This document shows positions 1 through 11,830 of a DNA stretch of 64,000 bases, piece after piece (position 1 is the first letter of the stretch; every line of letters begins with the position of its first letter). The stretch is from Mobula hypostoma (Eukaryota). Below the pieces are notes generated by a model. That model was given only the letters and a program-made list of their open reading frames with translations. It searched no databases and had not been told where the DNA came from. The position numbers and the translations under genes were made by a program. The DNA is taken from contig NC_086107.1 in NCBI RefSeq assembly GCF_963921235.1, forward strand, positions 108,502,001 through 108,566,000, given 5' to 3'.

Positions 1-294
1 AAGGTGGAACTATATTGTAACGCGAACAATGTGGAGGAGCGAAAGAAAACCCCCACACTTCTTAGCTTAATGGGTCTTAGGATGTACAGTCTCTCACACA
101 ACTTAATAACTACAGAAAAGCCAGCAAGCAAGACGTTTGATGAAATTGTTACAATTCTACAAAATCACTTGAGTTCTAAACCACTGGTAATAGCTGAGAG
201 ATTTAGATTTTACAAAAGGTCAAATGATGAATGCATTTCTAAATACATTGTAGAACTGTGCAAACATTCCCAGTACTGTGACTTGAGAGATGGA

Positions 295-469
295 AAGTCA
301 GAAAATTTTTTGATCTTAATCAATTCGGGTTAGCGATTCCTATTTTCGGTAACATATTTTTTCCTCCCTCTTTTACGGATCGCGCTTTTCAAACTTGGAA
401 GACTAAGGGTATTTTACGGTTTTTGGATTTATTTTTAGATGGTTCCCTTATGTCTTTTGAACAATTATC
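295..469 (+). mobile_element. Internal fragment of L1-clade ORF2 (C-terminal region) inserted in Gypsy gag
   Basis: Stop-free frame RKFFDLNQFGLAIPIFGNIFFPPSFTDRAFQTWKTKGILRFLDLFLDGSLMSFEQLS resembles the fish L1 ORF2 C-terminus. Flanked by direct repeat TGAGAGATGGA (284-294, 470-480). Confidence 0.78.
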
Positions 470-959
470 TGAGAGATGGATTTTCTGATGCATTAAGGGA
501 CAGGTTTTTATATGGCATGCATAGTCAAATCTCGTAAAAGAGGCTACTGTCAGAAAGAGACCTATCCTTAGAACAGTCATTGACCGTTGCAATATCATTA
601 GAGACTGCAGCAAAAGATGCAGCAGAATTACAGGGCAAGAGTTTAGAATGTGAAATGCACAAAATGACCCTGAGTGGTGCAAAAAGCCAAAAACATAACT
701 GATGTGGCAAATCCTCCCTTGATGTAAATGACTGTTGGTTCAAAGAAAAAGTTTGCTGTAAGTGTCACATAGAGAGAGTGTGCAAGTCAGACAAAATTCA
801 CAACCGAAGAGGAAAAACCACACCGAGTGAAAAGTTTCAAACACAAAACTAAGCAAATGCATTAAGTGACCGAATGTGTAACAGAATCAGACAACACAGA
901 GTCTGACAAAGGTGAGCTGTCTTGCTGAGAACTGCACAGTATTACTGAAGCAGATCACA

Positions 960-2560
960 AAATCATATGGATCACAATAGATGTGTCTGGTGCAAAACTG
1001 AAAATGGAGCTGGATACAGGGTCAGTTTTGCCCATAATTTCTGAGGCTGACTACAACAGACTGTTTTCTAAGATACTATTAGAGAAGACCTCAGTGATGC
1101 TAAAGACATACACAGGTGAAAAAGAGTCTCCCGAAGGCAAAATGAAGTTGAATGTGACATATGGGGGCCAAACACAGCTCAGAGCTCTATGTATTGAAAA
1201 GTGGTGGCCAGAACTTTTCAGAGATGAATGGCTGAGAAATTGCAACTAGACTGGCACATAACCAAACCTCTCAATGTGTCATCAGCAGCCAAATGCAGCC
1301 CAAACGGTAGCACTAACCAGAGACTGTCACAGCTGCTTAATGCTAATGAGAAGGTGTTTGAGAAGGGTATTGGTAAACTCAAAGGCATGAAGGCCAGAAA
1401 TAAATTGAATGAAGGTGCAACACCAAGATTCCATAAAGTACGCCCAGTGCCTTATGCACTGTGTTCTAAAGTGAATGCTAAACTTCAGAGCTTGGAATTC
1501 TCTCCGAGGTTGAATGGAGCAATTGGGCCATGCCTATTGTCCCGGTGATCAAGACAGGGAAGGCCGGAGCCATTCACATACGTGGGGATTTCAAAGTAAG
1601 CATCATTCAATGCTGTGTACTGTGCAGTATCCCTTGCCACAAATAGAAGACACTTTTGCATCTTCGGCAGGCGGGAAGAGGTTTTCAAAGATTGGTTTGT
1701 CACAAGTCCATCCGCAAATGGAGATTGAGGAGTCAAAAAGGAAGTTCCTCACCTTCAACACTATGAAAGGACTGTTCCGGTATAATCGTCTCCTCTTTGG
1801 CACCGTTACAGCTGTGGGAGTGGCTGTCTTCACCATGGCAAAGAGTACATATTTCACAAATTTCACAACATGTGCCGGTGAAAATAAACCTGATTCTGAC
1901 TCTGATTCTTTTGCATATTGACTTGGCTGGGCTCTTCATTGACTCCATGTTTGTGATTGCTGTGGATGCTGATTTGAAGTGGCCGGAGGTTATACTAATG
2001 AAGTGAACCACTTCAGCAAAGACTGTCTCTGCTCTGAGGACTATTTTCTTCAGAGATGGCTTACCAGAACAAATTGTGAGTGACAACGGACCACAATACG
2101 TGTCAAAAGAATTCCGACTGTTCATGAAGAAAAATAGTATCAGACATTCCAAGTCAGCTCCTCACCACCCAGCAATGAATGAGTTAGCTGAAAGGTTTAT
2201 CGAAAACCTTCAAGAAGTCGATTAATGCGATGGACGAGGAGGACATTTCTCTGCAGCACAAGGCGAACAATTTCCTTTTTGTGTATCGGAACTCTGTTCA
2301 TGCAACAACAAATCAAACACCTGCAATACTGTTCATGAGCAGGAATCTGAGATCTCGCATAGACCTCCTGAAACCAGATCTATGGAGGGAAGTGCAGAAT
2401 AAACAGTCCAACCAGTTGCCAAGTGAAGCAGCAAGGAGCTTCAAGATTGGACACAAATTCCTAGTGCCTGATTACTGAGAAGACAAGTGGACACCAGGTA
2501 GGATAGCTACAAGAACTGGACCACAGTGGATGTTGGAGATCAGACATGGAGACAACATGT
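960..2560 (+). pseudogene. Gypsy pol pseudogene (protease, RT N-half, integrase core); RT C-half and RNase H missing
   Basis: ORFs 983-1249, 1228-1548, 1514-1921, 1797-2006 and 2230-2478 carry successive pol motifs in different frames. Confidence 0.88.
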
Positions 2561-2877
2561 GGACCAGGTACTGGATGCAAGACAGACACATTACAGTCAC
2601 TGGACTTGCCTCTCAATGATGATCATGTCACTGACAGCAACGTGACATCGGAAACCAAGAACTTTGTCTTGGACAAGACACCCTACCAAACCAGATGCCA
2701 CTCCACAGGTCTAGAGGTGTTATCCTGAAAAAACAGAGCACTATCCAAAAGACTGAATGTTTAGAACTGTTTAGTTAGTTATGGACTGTTATTGTGAAAG
2801 CATGTTTATTTGGAATATGGGTTTATGAAACGGAAATTGATTATTTTATACATATACAGTTTTATGTTGCATTAATC

Positions 2878-3090
2878 TAAAGGGGGGGGAGTGTAATGTT
2901 TGGATCTATTTCTTCTAGAACAGTGACTCCCCTTAGCACTACGTATGATCTGTTTCTGTGCATGTGTATTGATCTGTTCTCTACAATGCATATTATCCCC
3001 TCTCTCTCACTACAATGTGAATACACCAGTTAAAGCCATCTCCTGCGTGTGTGCTTCTTACTTAATTGATATGTAGTTGCGCAGACACAC
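2878..3090 (+). repeat. Polypurine tract and 3' LTR of the Gypsy element
   Basis: AAAGGGGGGGGAG is immediately followed by TGTAATG (2892). The ~200 bp LTR ends near ...GCGCAGACACA; the right end is approximate. Confidence 0.75.
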
Positions 3091-3094
3091 TGAC

Positions 3095-3550
3095 AATGAC
3101 GCAAAATTAATTACAACTCTTCTGTCTGCACATGATCCATACGCCTCTATTTCCTGCAAATTAATGTGCCGATATGAAAGCCCCTTAAATGCCACTTTGT
3201 GCCTGCTTCCACTGCTACTCCTGACAGCCCGTTCCAGGCACTTACCAATCTCTGTGCTAAAAGAAATTCAGTCACGCACATCTCCTTCTGCCTTAAATGC
3301 ACGTCCTCTAATACATCTGCATCTCTACTTTGAGGAGAAAGATTGAATGACTACCCTATCTACACCTCTTACAGTTTTATTAACTTCTGTTGCATCTCCC
3401 CTCAAGCCTTCGACTTTGTAGAGAAAACAGCCCAAGTTTTCCCAACCTCTCATAGCTCATGCTCTCTAATCCAGGCAGCACCCTGGTAAACTCTTCTCTA
3501 AAGCCGTCACATTCTTCCTGTAAGGATGCTTTTGCCATATTGTGTATATA
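3095..3550 (-). mobile_element. Old CR1 LINE 3' fragment
   Basis: Reverse-strand CR1 C-terminal sequence (CTAATCCAGGCAGCACCCTGGTAAAC), similar to younger copies at 53898-54368. Confidence 0.65.
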
Positions 3551-4285
3551 CATCTAGAGAATTCCCACGGCAGAGATATGAAACAGAGATAACACTTACA
3601 GGACCCTGTTGCACATTTAAGGCTGGAGAAGGGCAAGCTCCTCTTGCACCAAAGAGGCCTTGTCTCTGCCACCATCTCACATGCCGATTGGCTGTCACTC
3701 CCTGAGGCTCCACCCCCAACCCTGGTCTGATAACCAATCACAACTCACGCCATTGAAGGCTTGTTTCCAAAGCCCCTCAAAGAAGAGCTGAAAGTGATTA
3801 GAATTTTATTCTATTACCACATTAAATTTTTTGAAGACCTAATAATTTAAAGAGAATACTATTATTAATTAAAATATAATGAGTGGAAGAATATAGGTCA
3901 AAAACTATCTAAATTTTCTTTGTTTAATCAGTTTGAACCTACTCACATCTATCACTTAAAAGACAAATAATTAGAAGGGTTTGAAGCTTTGATATGTTAT
4001 CAATGGACAGGGCACATCAATTAACATATGAGGGAGAAATTGAATGCTTGGTGTGGTTAGATCACCTTCATCAAAAGAAAACAATTTTTTATTGTATAGG
4101 GTGCACAGTGGATTCTGGTTAATTGGGTCACTTCGGAACCAGTATATTTTGGCCCAGCTGCCACGATTAGCCAAAGTTTCATGGAAGTAGTTGAAAAAGG
4201 TATAAAAAAGACAAACTACCATCTAACAGGATAACAAATTATGTATTTAAATGAAATACAGAACAAATTAAAATACTACCAATGC

Positions 4286-4666
4286 TTTACTTTACTTCAT
4301 TGTCGCCAAACAATTAATACTAGAGTGTACAATCATCACAGTGATATTTGATTCTGCGCTTCGCGCTCCCTGGAGTACAAATTGATAGTAAATATAACAA
4401 AAATTTAGATTATAAATCATAAATAGAAAATAGAAAAGGGAAAGTAAGGTAGTGCAAAAAAACCGAGAGGCAGGTCCGGATATTTGGAGGGTACGGCCCA
4501 GATCCGGGTCAGGATCCGTTCAGCAGTCTAATCACAGTTGGAAAGAAGCTGTTCCCAAATCTGGCCGTGTGAGTCTTCAAGCTCCTGAGCCTTCTCCCGG
4601 AGGGAAGAGGGATGAAGAGTGTGTTGGCTGGGTGGGTCGTGTCCTTGATTGTCCTGGCAGCACTGC
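4286..4666 (-). mobile_element. Rex1/Babar-like LINE 3' end
   Basis: Encodes IIKDTTHPANTLFIPLPSGRRLRSLKT-type C-terminus plus 3' UTR with AATAAA-like signal and (TAAAG)n tail. Inverted copy at 5311-5724. Confidence 0.8.
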
Positions 4667-5310
4667 TTTTCCATCACATCTGACAATGACAGGAAACCTG
4701 TGTGGGAGAGCTTTTAAGATGAAAAAGCTGCTGCACTGGAGCAGGTCCACTCCCTCGATCTTGGAGGTCCGGGCCCAGTGGGATGAGTGGACGTCACAAC
4801 TGGGATCTTTCCTGGTTACGGTAAAGAACTATGACTTCTTCTGTGCCTTGTCATGCCTTTCGCTCTCCACGGAGCTTTGCAGAACTGTCTTCCTGGCCAT
4901 TGGATCTCGCTGTGGATCTCATCTGTCCAGTCTGCCAGAGCTGACGTCACAAGCTAGGACAGGCATGTCCATATCTCACTGGAGTATGAGGCCCTCTGGC
5001 CACCCTCACCTGGGTTAAGCCTTCCTGTGGAAGCGGTGTACCAGAGTGTGGCTGCTACTTGGAGCCACAGGTGAGAACTGAGTGTCCCATGGTGATCAAA
5101 GTTAACATTCAAGATGATTGTCGATACCTTCAAATTCTTCATAGTGCCTAACTTGTTGAAGTAGTGAAATCGTTTCATTTTCACTCCCAGCCGCTTCTGG
5201 CATCTCTAAGCCTGAATGGTTGAAACTCCAGTGAACAAAACGTTTTTTTTGAATTGTCTTACTGCTTAATTCTTGCCAACGATCAGTGACAAAAATCACA
5301 AACATAACCA

Positions 5311-5724
5311 ACTGCCAGGATAATCAAGGACACGACCCACCTAGCCAACACACTTTTCGTTGCTCTTTCCTCCGGAAGAAGGCTCAGGAGCTTGAAGACT
5401 CGTACACGCCAGATTTGGGAACAGCTTCTTTCCAACTGTGATAAGACTGCTGAACGGATCCTGACCCGGATCTGGGCCGTACCCTCCAAATATCCGGACC
5501 TGCCTCGCGGTTTTTTTGCACTACTTTACTTTCCATTTTTTTATTTTCTATTTATGATTTATAATTTAAATGATTAATATTTACTATTTTTACTATTTTA
5601 AATATTTTTAATATTTAATATTTGTAATCCAGGGAGCGGGAAGTGCAGAATCAAATATCGCTGTGATGATTGTACGTTCTAATATCAATTGTTTGGCGAC
5701 AATAAAGTATAAGGTATAAGTATA
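5311..5724 (+). mobile_element. Rex1/Babar-like LINE 3' end (same subfamily as 4286-4666)
   Basis: Same C-terminal coding remnant and 3' UTR, ending GACAATAAAGTATAAGGTATAAGTATAA. Confidence 0.8.
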
Positions 5725-5882
5725 ACGGGCGCTATTAAAAAACTGTTCATTCTAAGCATAGTGTAGTGTCTAATGGCCACACAATGTGTGCGCGACTGAG
5801 GCTAGCTAGAAACCGTTCAGCAACAGTCTCCTGTCCCAATTAAGCCACGCAGTGTCACCAAATAGAACAGAAGGGAATCCCA

Positions 5883-5938
5883 GCAACTTTAATGTGTGTT
5901 GCTTGAATTTCCAGCATCTGCAGAATTCCTGTTGTTTG
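5883..5938 (+). mobile_element. 56 bp Penelope pLTR tail insertion with 14 bp TSD
   Basis: Near-identical to the end of the Penelope pLTR (28162-28212). Flanked by AGAAGGGAATCCCA at 5869-5882 and 5939-5952. Confidence 0.8.
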
Positions 5939-6224
5939 AGAAGGGAATCCCAACTATTTTCTCAAACTGCTTTTGTTCTTTCAGACTTGTCCCAAATAAA
6001 CAGCAGCTCTGATTAAACAATGGCCCAATTACCGGAATCCAGAGTACAAGCAGAACCTGGTTCTGCTGAAAATGGTCATAACCACGTGGGTATCTCCCAG
6101 CTGCTCTAGGTTTCTCCAACATCCTAAAGCTACAGTCAGTCAGTGGTCCTGCACCGAAACAGGCCCACCCCACTCTTATTATCTAAACTAGCCCATTGAC
6201 CCTCATTAGTCCAAGTATTATTTA

Positions 6225-6445
6225 TTTAGAGATACAACTTCTGGCCCAACAATTCCTCACCGCCCAGTTACACCTAGGTAACCAATTAACCTACTAACCT
6301 GTATATCCATGGAATGTGGCGGGAAACCGGAATATCTGGCAGAAAACCATGCCGTCGCGGGGAGAACGTACAAACCTGTTACAGACAGCGGCGAGTGTTG
6401 AACCGGGGTTGCTGGTGCTCTGATGTTATCTGCTGTACTATCCTG
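6225..6445 (-). mobile_element. V-SINE (HE1-like) copy
   Basis: Reverse-strand V-core (...GGTTTCCCGCCACATTCC...) and B-box-like GGTTCAAC. Confidence 0.65.
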
Positions 6446-6728
6446 CAGCCCAAATGGGCTGGTTGGTAAATTCATCGGTTACTGCAAATTACTCCGCAGT
6501 GTGCGTGGCTGGTGAGAGAAACAGGGTGGACGTGTGAGGGAAGGTGCATTGCAAGGGAAGTGGGTGATTGGGATTGATGGGGATCCTCTGACAGCCAGAT
6601 TATATTTCACAGAGTGAACGTTTGTTCCCTACCCGGTCCTGCTCCTGCCTCACGGACACCATGGCCAAGACAGCATAGCAGCACCTTTAATTTCTCAGAA
6701 GGCCAAAGATATTAAAAGATAATGATAA

Positions 6729-7283
6729 AGATTATGATTATGATTATGAGGACACGCAGTCCCCTTTTATTGTCATTTAGTAATGCATGCATTAAGAAAT
6801 GATACAATGTTTTTCCAGAATGATATCATGAAAACACATGACAAACCGACTTAAAAACTAACAAAAACCACATAATTATAACATATAGTTATAATAGTGC
6901 AAAGCAATACCATAATTTGATAAGAACAGACCATGGGCACAGTAAAAGTCTCAAAGTCTCTCGAAAGTCCCATCATCTCACGCAGACGGTGAACCTCCAG
7001 CGCCGCAAACTTGCCGATGCAGCATCCTGGAAGCATCCGACCACAGTCCGACTCCGAGTCCGTCCGAAAACTCCGAGCCTCCGACCAGCTCTCCGACACC
7101 GAGCACCGAGTACCATCTCTGCCGAACATTTCGACCCCGGCCCCGGCAACAGGCGATACGCAAAGCCGAGGATTTGGGGCCTTCATCTCCGGAGATTCTC
7201 GATCGCACAGTAACAGCGGCAGCGAAGCTGGCATTTCAGAAGTTACTCCAGGTGTTCCTCTGCACTTCTCACGGCTGTCTCCA
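6729..7283 (-). mobile_element. 5'-truncated copy of the YY1-headed non-autonomous retroelement (see 41832-42483)
   Basis: Colinear with 41832-42483 and 49544-50213; (CATAAT)n tail and 3' stem-loop. Confidence 0.8.
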
Positions 7284-8369
7284 GATTAATTTTATTTGTC
7301 AAATAGCATCAAAGTATACAGTGAAAGGAGTTGTTTGCGTCATATCAAATCAGTGAGGATGGTGCTGGGCAGCCTGCGAGTGTCGCTATGCTTCTAGTAC
7401 ACTAGCCCACAGTTTACCAACCCGTGCACCTTGAGAATGTGGGAGGAAACCAGAGCACCCAGAGGGAGATCATACAAACTCCCCGCAGACAGCGGTAGGA
7501 ATTAAACCCCGATCAGTAAGCGCTGGCGGTGTAATAGTGCTACACTACATTGCCACCCTCCACACCGAAGATATTTGACATATTTCCCGATGGCCCTCAC
7601 CAATTTTTATAAAGAACCACAGAAAGCATCATATCAAATATATTACAGCCTGGCAGAGGCAGCATGCAGGAACCTCATGGCAAGAAGACTGCGGGAGGGG
7701 CACGAGCTGATGTTCGACTTCATTTCGCTGGTTAAAGCTTCCATTTTTCGCAGGTTAAACCAATGAGGGAGATTGAAACATCGAGGTGAATGTGGAAGGG
7801 GAGCGCTGGCTGCCTGCCTTTTTATCGCTCGGGGTCGCTCTGCTACCAGAGAGGGGAGATTGCCTTTTGATCGCTGGTGGGATCACTTTACTATGGAGAG
7901 GGGAGACTGCCTTTTGATTTGTGGTGAGATCGCTCTGCTACCAGAAAAGAGAGACTGCCTTTAGATCACTGGTGAAATTGCTCTGCTACTAGAGAGAGGA
8001 GGCTGCCTTTTGATTACTAGTGGGGTTGCTTGCTTCTGGAGAAGGAAAGGCCTGCCTCTGTACCTGGAAAATGTTACACAGGTTTTCTGTGTTTTGAATG
8101 TGGACTTGGACTATAGACTTTTTTTTCAGTCTTATAGTTTTTATATTTCATGTTTTCTCCTGATCTTTCTTGCTTTTTTGTGTTCAGGGGAGGATATTTG
8201 GGAGTTGATGTGCCTGTTCCATTTTTGTTCATTTTTTTGTGTGGAGAGGAGGGAATTGAGAGTTGATGATTGTGCTGCTGTTCTTTTCTTTCTTGGTTTT
8301 GTGGTTATCTGGAGAAGAATAATTTCAGAGTTGTATACTTGGACAATAAATAAACCTTTGAACCTTTGC

Positions 8370-8830
8370 TGCAGCAACTGCCCTGACCAAGACTAGAAGA
8401 AACTGCAGAGGGTTGTGGACATAGCCAAGTCCATTACACAAACCAGCTTCCCCTCCTCTGACTTTGTCCACACCTTCCTGCTGCCTTGGAAAAGCAACCA
8501 ACATAATCAAAGACCCCACCCACCCTGAATATTCTCTCTTCTCCCCTCTCTCATTGGACAGAAGGTACAAAGAGCTTGAGAACACATATCATTAGACAGT
8601 CTCTATCTCATTGTTATAACACCCTTGAATGGACCTCATACAGCAAAAGATAAACTTCTGATCTCCCAAATCCACCTCGGTGTGGACTTTGCATTTTGCC
8701 TGTCTACCTCCACTACACTTCCTCTGTTAACGTAATATGAAATTCTGCATTTTGTTTCTTGTTCTCTTTTGTATTTCCTCGGAAGACTTATGAACTGTTT
8801 CGATGACACCCAAACAAAAGATTTTCACTC
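8370..8830 (+). mobile_element. Rex1/Babar LINE 3' fragment
   Basis: KLQRVVDIAKSITQTSFP...IIKDPTHP motif plus 3' UTR. Confidence 0.7.
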
Positions 8831-8999
8831 TGACAATAACGAACCAATAACCAATTGTAGGAAAATTTGAGAAAGGGGATGGAGAGGCACCTGACAGTAA
8901 GCAGATAAACTGGAGAACTGTTAGATAGTGACAGTGTTCCAGGTAACATGAATTCATGGGGTCTGTCATGGTCCCAGAACACATCCTGCCATCCGGAAA

Positions 9000-9530
9000 G
9001 CTCACCAATGCCTCTGCTTTCTGAGGAGGATGAAGAGAGCTGGACTAAGCACATCTATGCTCATGTTTTTCTCTGGAGGTGTGGTAGAGTCCATCCTAAC
9101 AAGCTGCATCCCTGCACGGTACGGGAACTGCACTGCAATAAACAGGAAGTCTCTACAACAAGTAGTCAAAACTGCCCAATCCATCACTGGCACCAGCCTA
9201 CCCACCATCACAGACATATATACAGAAATTTGCCAGATAAGGGCCAGTTACATCATAAAGGATCCCTCACATTCTGTGTGCGGACTGTTTGCCCCACTCC
9301 CATCAGTGAGGAGGCTACGTAGCATCCACTCCAGGACCAACAGACTTTGGTTACTTTCCCCAAGCAGTAAGGCTGATCAACACTTCCACCCAGTAGTGGA
9401 CCACCGTTCTACACCCCAGACTGACACTAGCATATCATTTCTTGTCAGTGTCACCTTATGTACAGGCACTCCCGGGCCTAGCATCACCTTATGGACATAC
9501 GATCACTCTATGTGTATAAGCTATCATATA
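9000..9530 (+). mobile_element. Rex1/Babar LINE 3' fragment
   Basis: ORF 9030-9542: VVESILTSCIPARYGNCTAINRKSLQQVVKTAQSITGTSLP...IIKDPSH. Confidence 0.82.
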
Positions 9531-10020
9531 TACGAGGGGTGATTCATAAGTTTGTGGCCTAAGGTAGAAGGAGTCAATTTTAGAAAACCTAGCACATTTA
9601 CTTTCCTTACATTTACACACTTAGTCCAGCGGTCGTGGAGCATACGGATCCCTTCTTTGTAGAAGTCGGTGTCTTGGACCTCCAGAAGTGGTCCACTGCA
9701 GGGGTGATTGATAAGTTCGTGGCCTAAAGTAGATGGAGATGAGTTATTAACTTCAAACCTTCTGCATTTTCACTCAAAGAGTTGAACTGCACGTGCATGT
9801 AATGAGAGCTGTATAACTCATCTCCTTCTACCTTAGGCCACACACTTATCAATCACCCTTACTGTGGACCACTTCTACAAAGAAGGGATCCGTATGCTCC
9901 ACGACTGCTAGACTAAGTGTGTACATTTAGGAAGGGACTATGTTGAAAAAGAGATGTGCTAGGTTTTCTAAAATTGACTCCTTCTACCTTAGGCCACGAT
10001 CGTAATAATCACCCCTTGTA
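9531..10020. mobile_element. Mariner-type foldback MITE with TA duplication and nested inner TIR pair
   Basis: TA-CGAGGGGTGATT...GGCCTAAGGTAGAAGGAG at left and its reverse complement ending ACCCCTTG-TA at right. Inner TIR copies at ~9700-9748 and ~9812-9858. Confidence 0.88.
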
Positions 10021-10067
10021 TATTTATTGTGTTTTTTAAAATATTAATATGTTCTTTAAATTATTCT

Positions 10068-10415
10068 TGGTGGCGAGGTGCAGATACAGTACATCTCTAC
10101 CAAAGAAGATGTAAGGCACTCCATCCCTCTGCTAGCCTGCAGGTCGCCCTTGGGCAAGGTGTAGGACCTGCTTAGCCCCCCGATCAGGGCCATGTGTAGC
10201 CATAGGAGCAGGTGGTGGACGGTCGTCTGAGCAGCTGGTGCAGATCACAAGTCCTGGTTATGCGACCACTGATGCCAGGCAGACAATCTCTGAAGAGTAT
10301 TGATAATGGCTGGAGTCACCCATCTTGTAAAGAACACAGCAAAATTTGCCAAAAACAATCATGATCAAAGACCAGGATCACCTACATCATACGAGACAGC
10401 ACATAATGATGACGA
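10068..10415 (+). mobile_element. RTE-derived bipartite non-autonomous element (copies also at 30768-31188, 34265-34635, 38350-38740)
   Basis: Four colinear copies. The Bov-A-like AGAAGGCAATGGCAAACCACT motif (clearest at 38631-38651) and GATC-CC-ACGTCATA-GACACGGCACATAATGATGAT tail are typical of RTE-clade derivatives. Confidence 0.65.
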
Positions 10416-10544
10416 TAATTATCTTATTATGTTTTTTTTTGTGCTGCATCGGATCCAGAGTAACAATTATTTTGTTCTTCTTTACTCTTGTGTATTGGAA
10501 ATGGCACTAAAGAAATGCTGAATCTTCAGAGACGAAGCCTTTTG

Positions 10545-10990
10545 CATATCTTTTGACCGCACTAGGAATATTAGTTCAGTTGTGGTTGCCTCATTTTGGG
10601 AAGGATGTGGAAGATTTAGTGGGCGTGCAGAGGAGATTTACCAGGATTCTGCCTGGATTAGACAGCAAGGCTTATAAGGATTGTTTGAGCGATCTAGGGC
10701 TTTTCTCTTTGGAGCGAAGAAGGATGACAGGTGTCTTGATAGAGGTGTACAAGATGATAAGAGCCATAGATCAAGTGGACAGCCAGAGACTTTTTCCCCG
10801 GGGCGGAAATGGCTAATATGAGGGGACATAATTTAAAGGTGATTGCAGGAAAGAATAAGGGGTTGTTCGAGGTAAGCTTTTTTTTACACATAGTGGGTGC
10901 ATGGAACACACTGCCAGGATGGTGTTAGAGGCAGATACATTAGAGAAATTGAAGTAACTCTTAGAAAGGCACATGGATGAGAGAAAAATA
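10545..10990 (+). mobile_element. CR1 LINE 3' fragment
   Basis: VQLWLPHFGKDVEDLVGVQRRFTRILPGL...LGLFSLERRRMTGVLIEVYKMIR. Confidence 0.9.
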
Positions 10991-11830
10991 GTCATAATCA
11001 TAGTCATACTTTATTGATCCCAGGGGAAATTGGTTTTCGTTACAGTTGCTCCATAAATAATAAATAGTAATAGAACCATAAATAGTTAAATAGTAATATG
11101 TAACTTATGCCAGTAAATTATGAAATAAATCCAGGACCAGCCTATCGGCTCAGGGTGTCTGACCCTCCAAGGGAGGAGTTGTAAAGTTTGATGGCCACAG
11201 GCAGGAATGACTTCCTATGACGCTCTGTGCTGCATCTCGGTGGAATGAGTCTCTGGCTGAATGTACTCCTGTGCCCACCCAGTACATTATGTGGTGGATG
11301 AGAGACATTGACCAAGATGGCATGCAACTTGGACAGCATCCTCTTTTCAGACACCACCGTGAGAGAGTCCAGTTCCATCCCCACAACATCACTGGCCTTA
11401 CGAATGAGTTTGTTGATTCTGCTGGTGTCTGCTACCCTCAGCCTGCTGCCCCAGCACACAACAGCAAACATGATAGCACTGGCCACCACAGACTCGTAGA
11501 ACATCCTCAGCATCGTCCGGCAGATGTTAAAGGACCTCAGTCTCCTCAGGAAATAGAGACAGCTCTGACCCTTCTTGTGGACAGCCTCAGTGTTCTTTGA
11601 CCAGTCCAGTTTATTGTCAATTCTTATCCCCAGGTATTTGTAATCCTCCACCATGTCCACACTGACCCCCTGGATGGAAACAGGGGTCACCAGTGTCTTA
11701 GCCTCCTCAGGTCCACCACCAGCTCCTTAGTCTTTTTCACATTAAGCTGCAGATAATTCTGCTCACACCATGTGACAAAGTTTCCTACCGTAGCCCTGTA
11801 CTCAACCTCATCTCCCTTGCTGATGCATCC
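10990..11830 (-). mobile_element. Young Rex1/Babar LINE 3' fragment inserted in CR1
   Basis: ORF 11142-11690: YKYLGIRIDNKLDWS...KGQSCLYFLRRLRSF...FYESVVASAIMFAVVCWG. GGGATCAATAAAG + (ATGACT)n tail. Confidence 0.92.

Larger units (their letters stand above)
1..3090 (+). mobile_element. Decayed Ty3/Gypsy LTR retrotransposon (gag-pol remnants, PPT, 3' LTR); 5' part lies outside the window
   Basis: Gag-like KPLVIAERFRFYKR and, after removing the insert, CDLRDGFSDALRDR. Protease LKMELDTGS. RT PRFHKVRPVPYAL / YPLPQIED / GLFRYNRLLFG. Integrase HIDLAG...KWPEV and GLPEQIVSDNGPQ. Many stops and frameshifts. Confidence 0.92.
4106..6044 (-). mobile_element. pogo/Tigger-like non-autonomous DNA transposon, interrupted by later insertions
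   Basis: TIR CAGTGGATTCTGGTTAATTGGG at 4106 matches CCCAATTACCGGAATCCAGAG+TA at 6024-6046. Minus-strand IFVTDRWQELSSKTIQ (5102-5311) resembles the Tigger transposase C-terminus. Confidence 0.65.

Noticed and set aside
4452..5018. 188 aa plus-strand ORF
   Set aside because: Spans an antisense Rex1 tail and an adjacent unclassified repeat-like segment; no protein motif.
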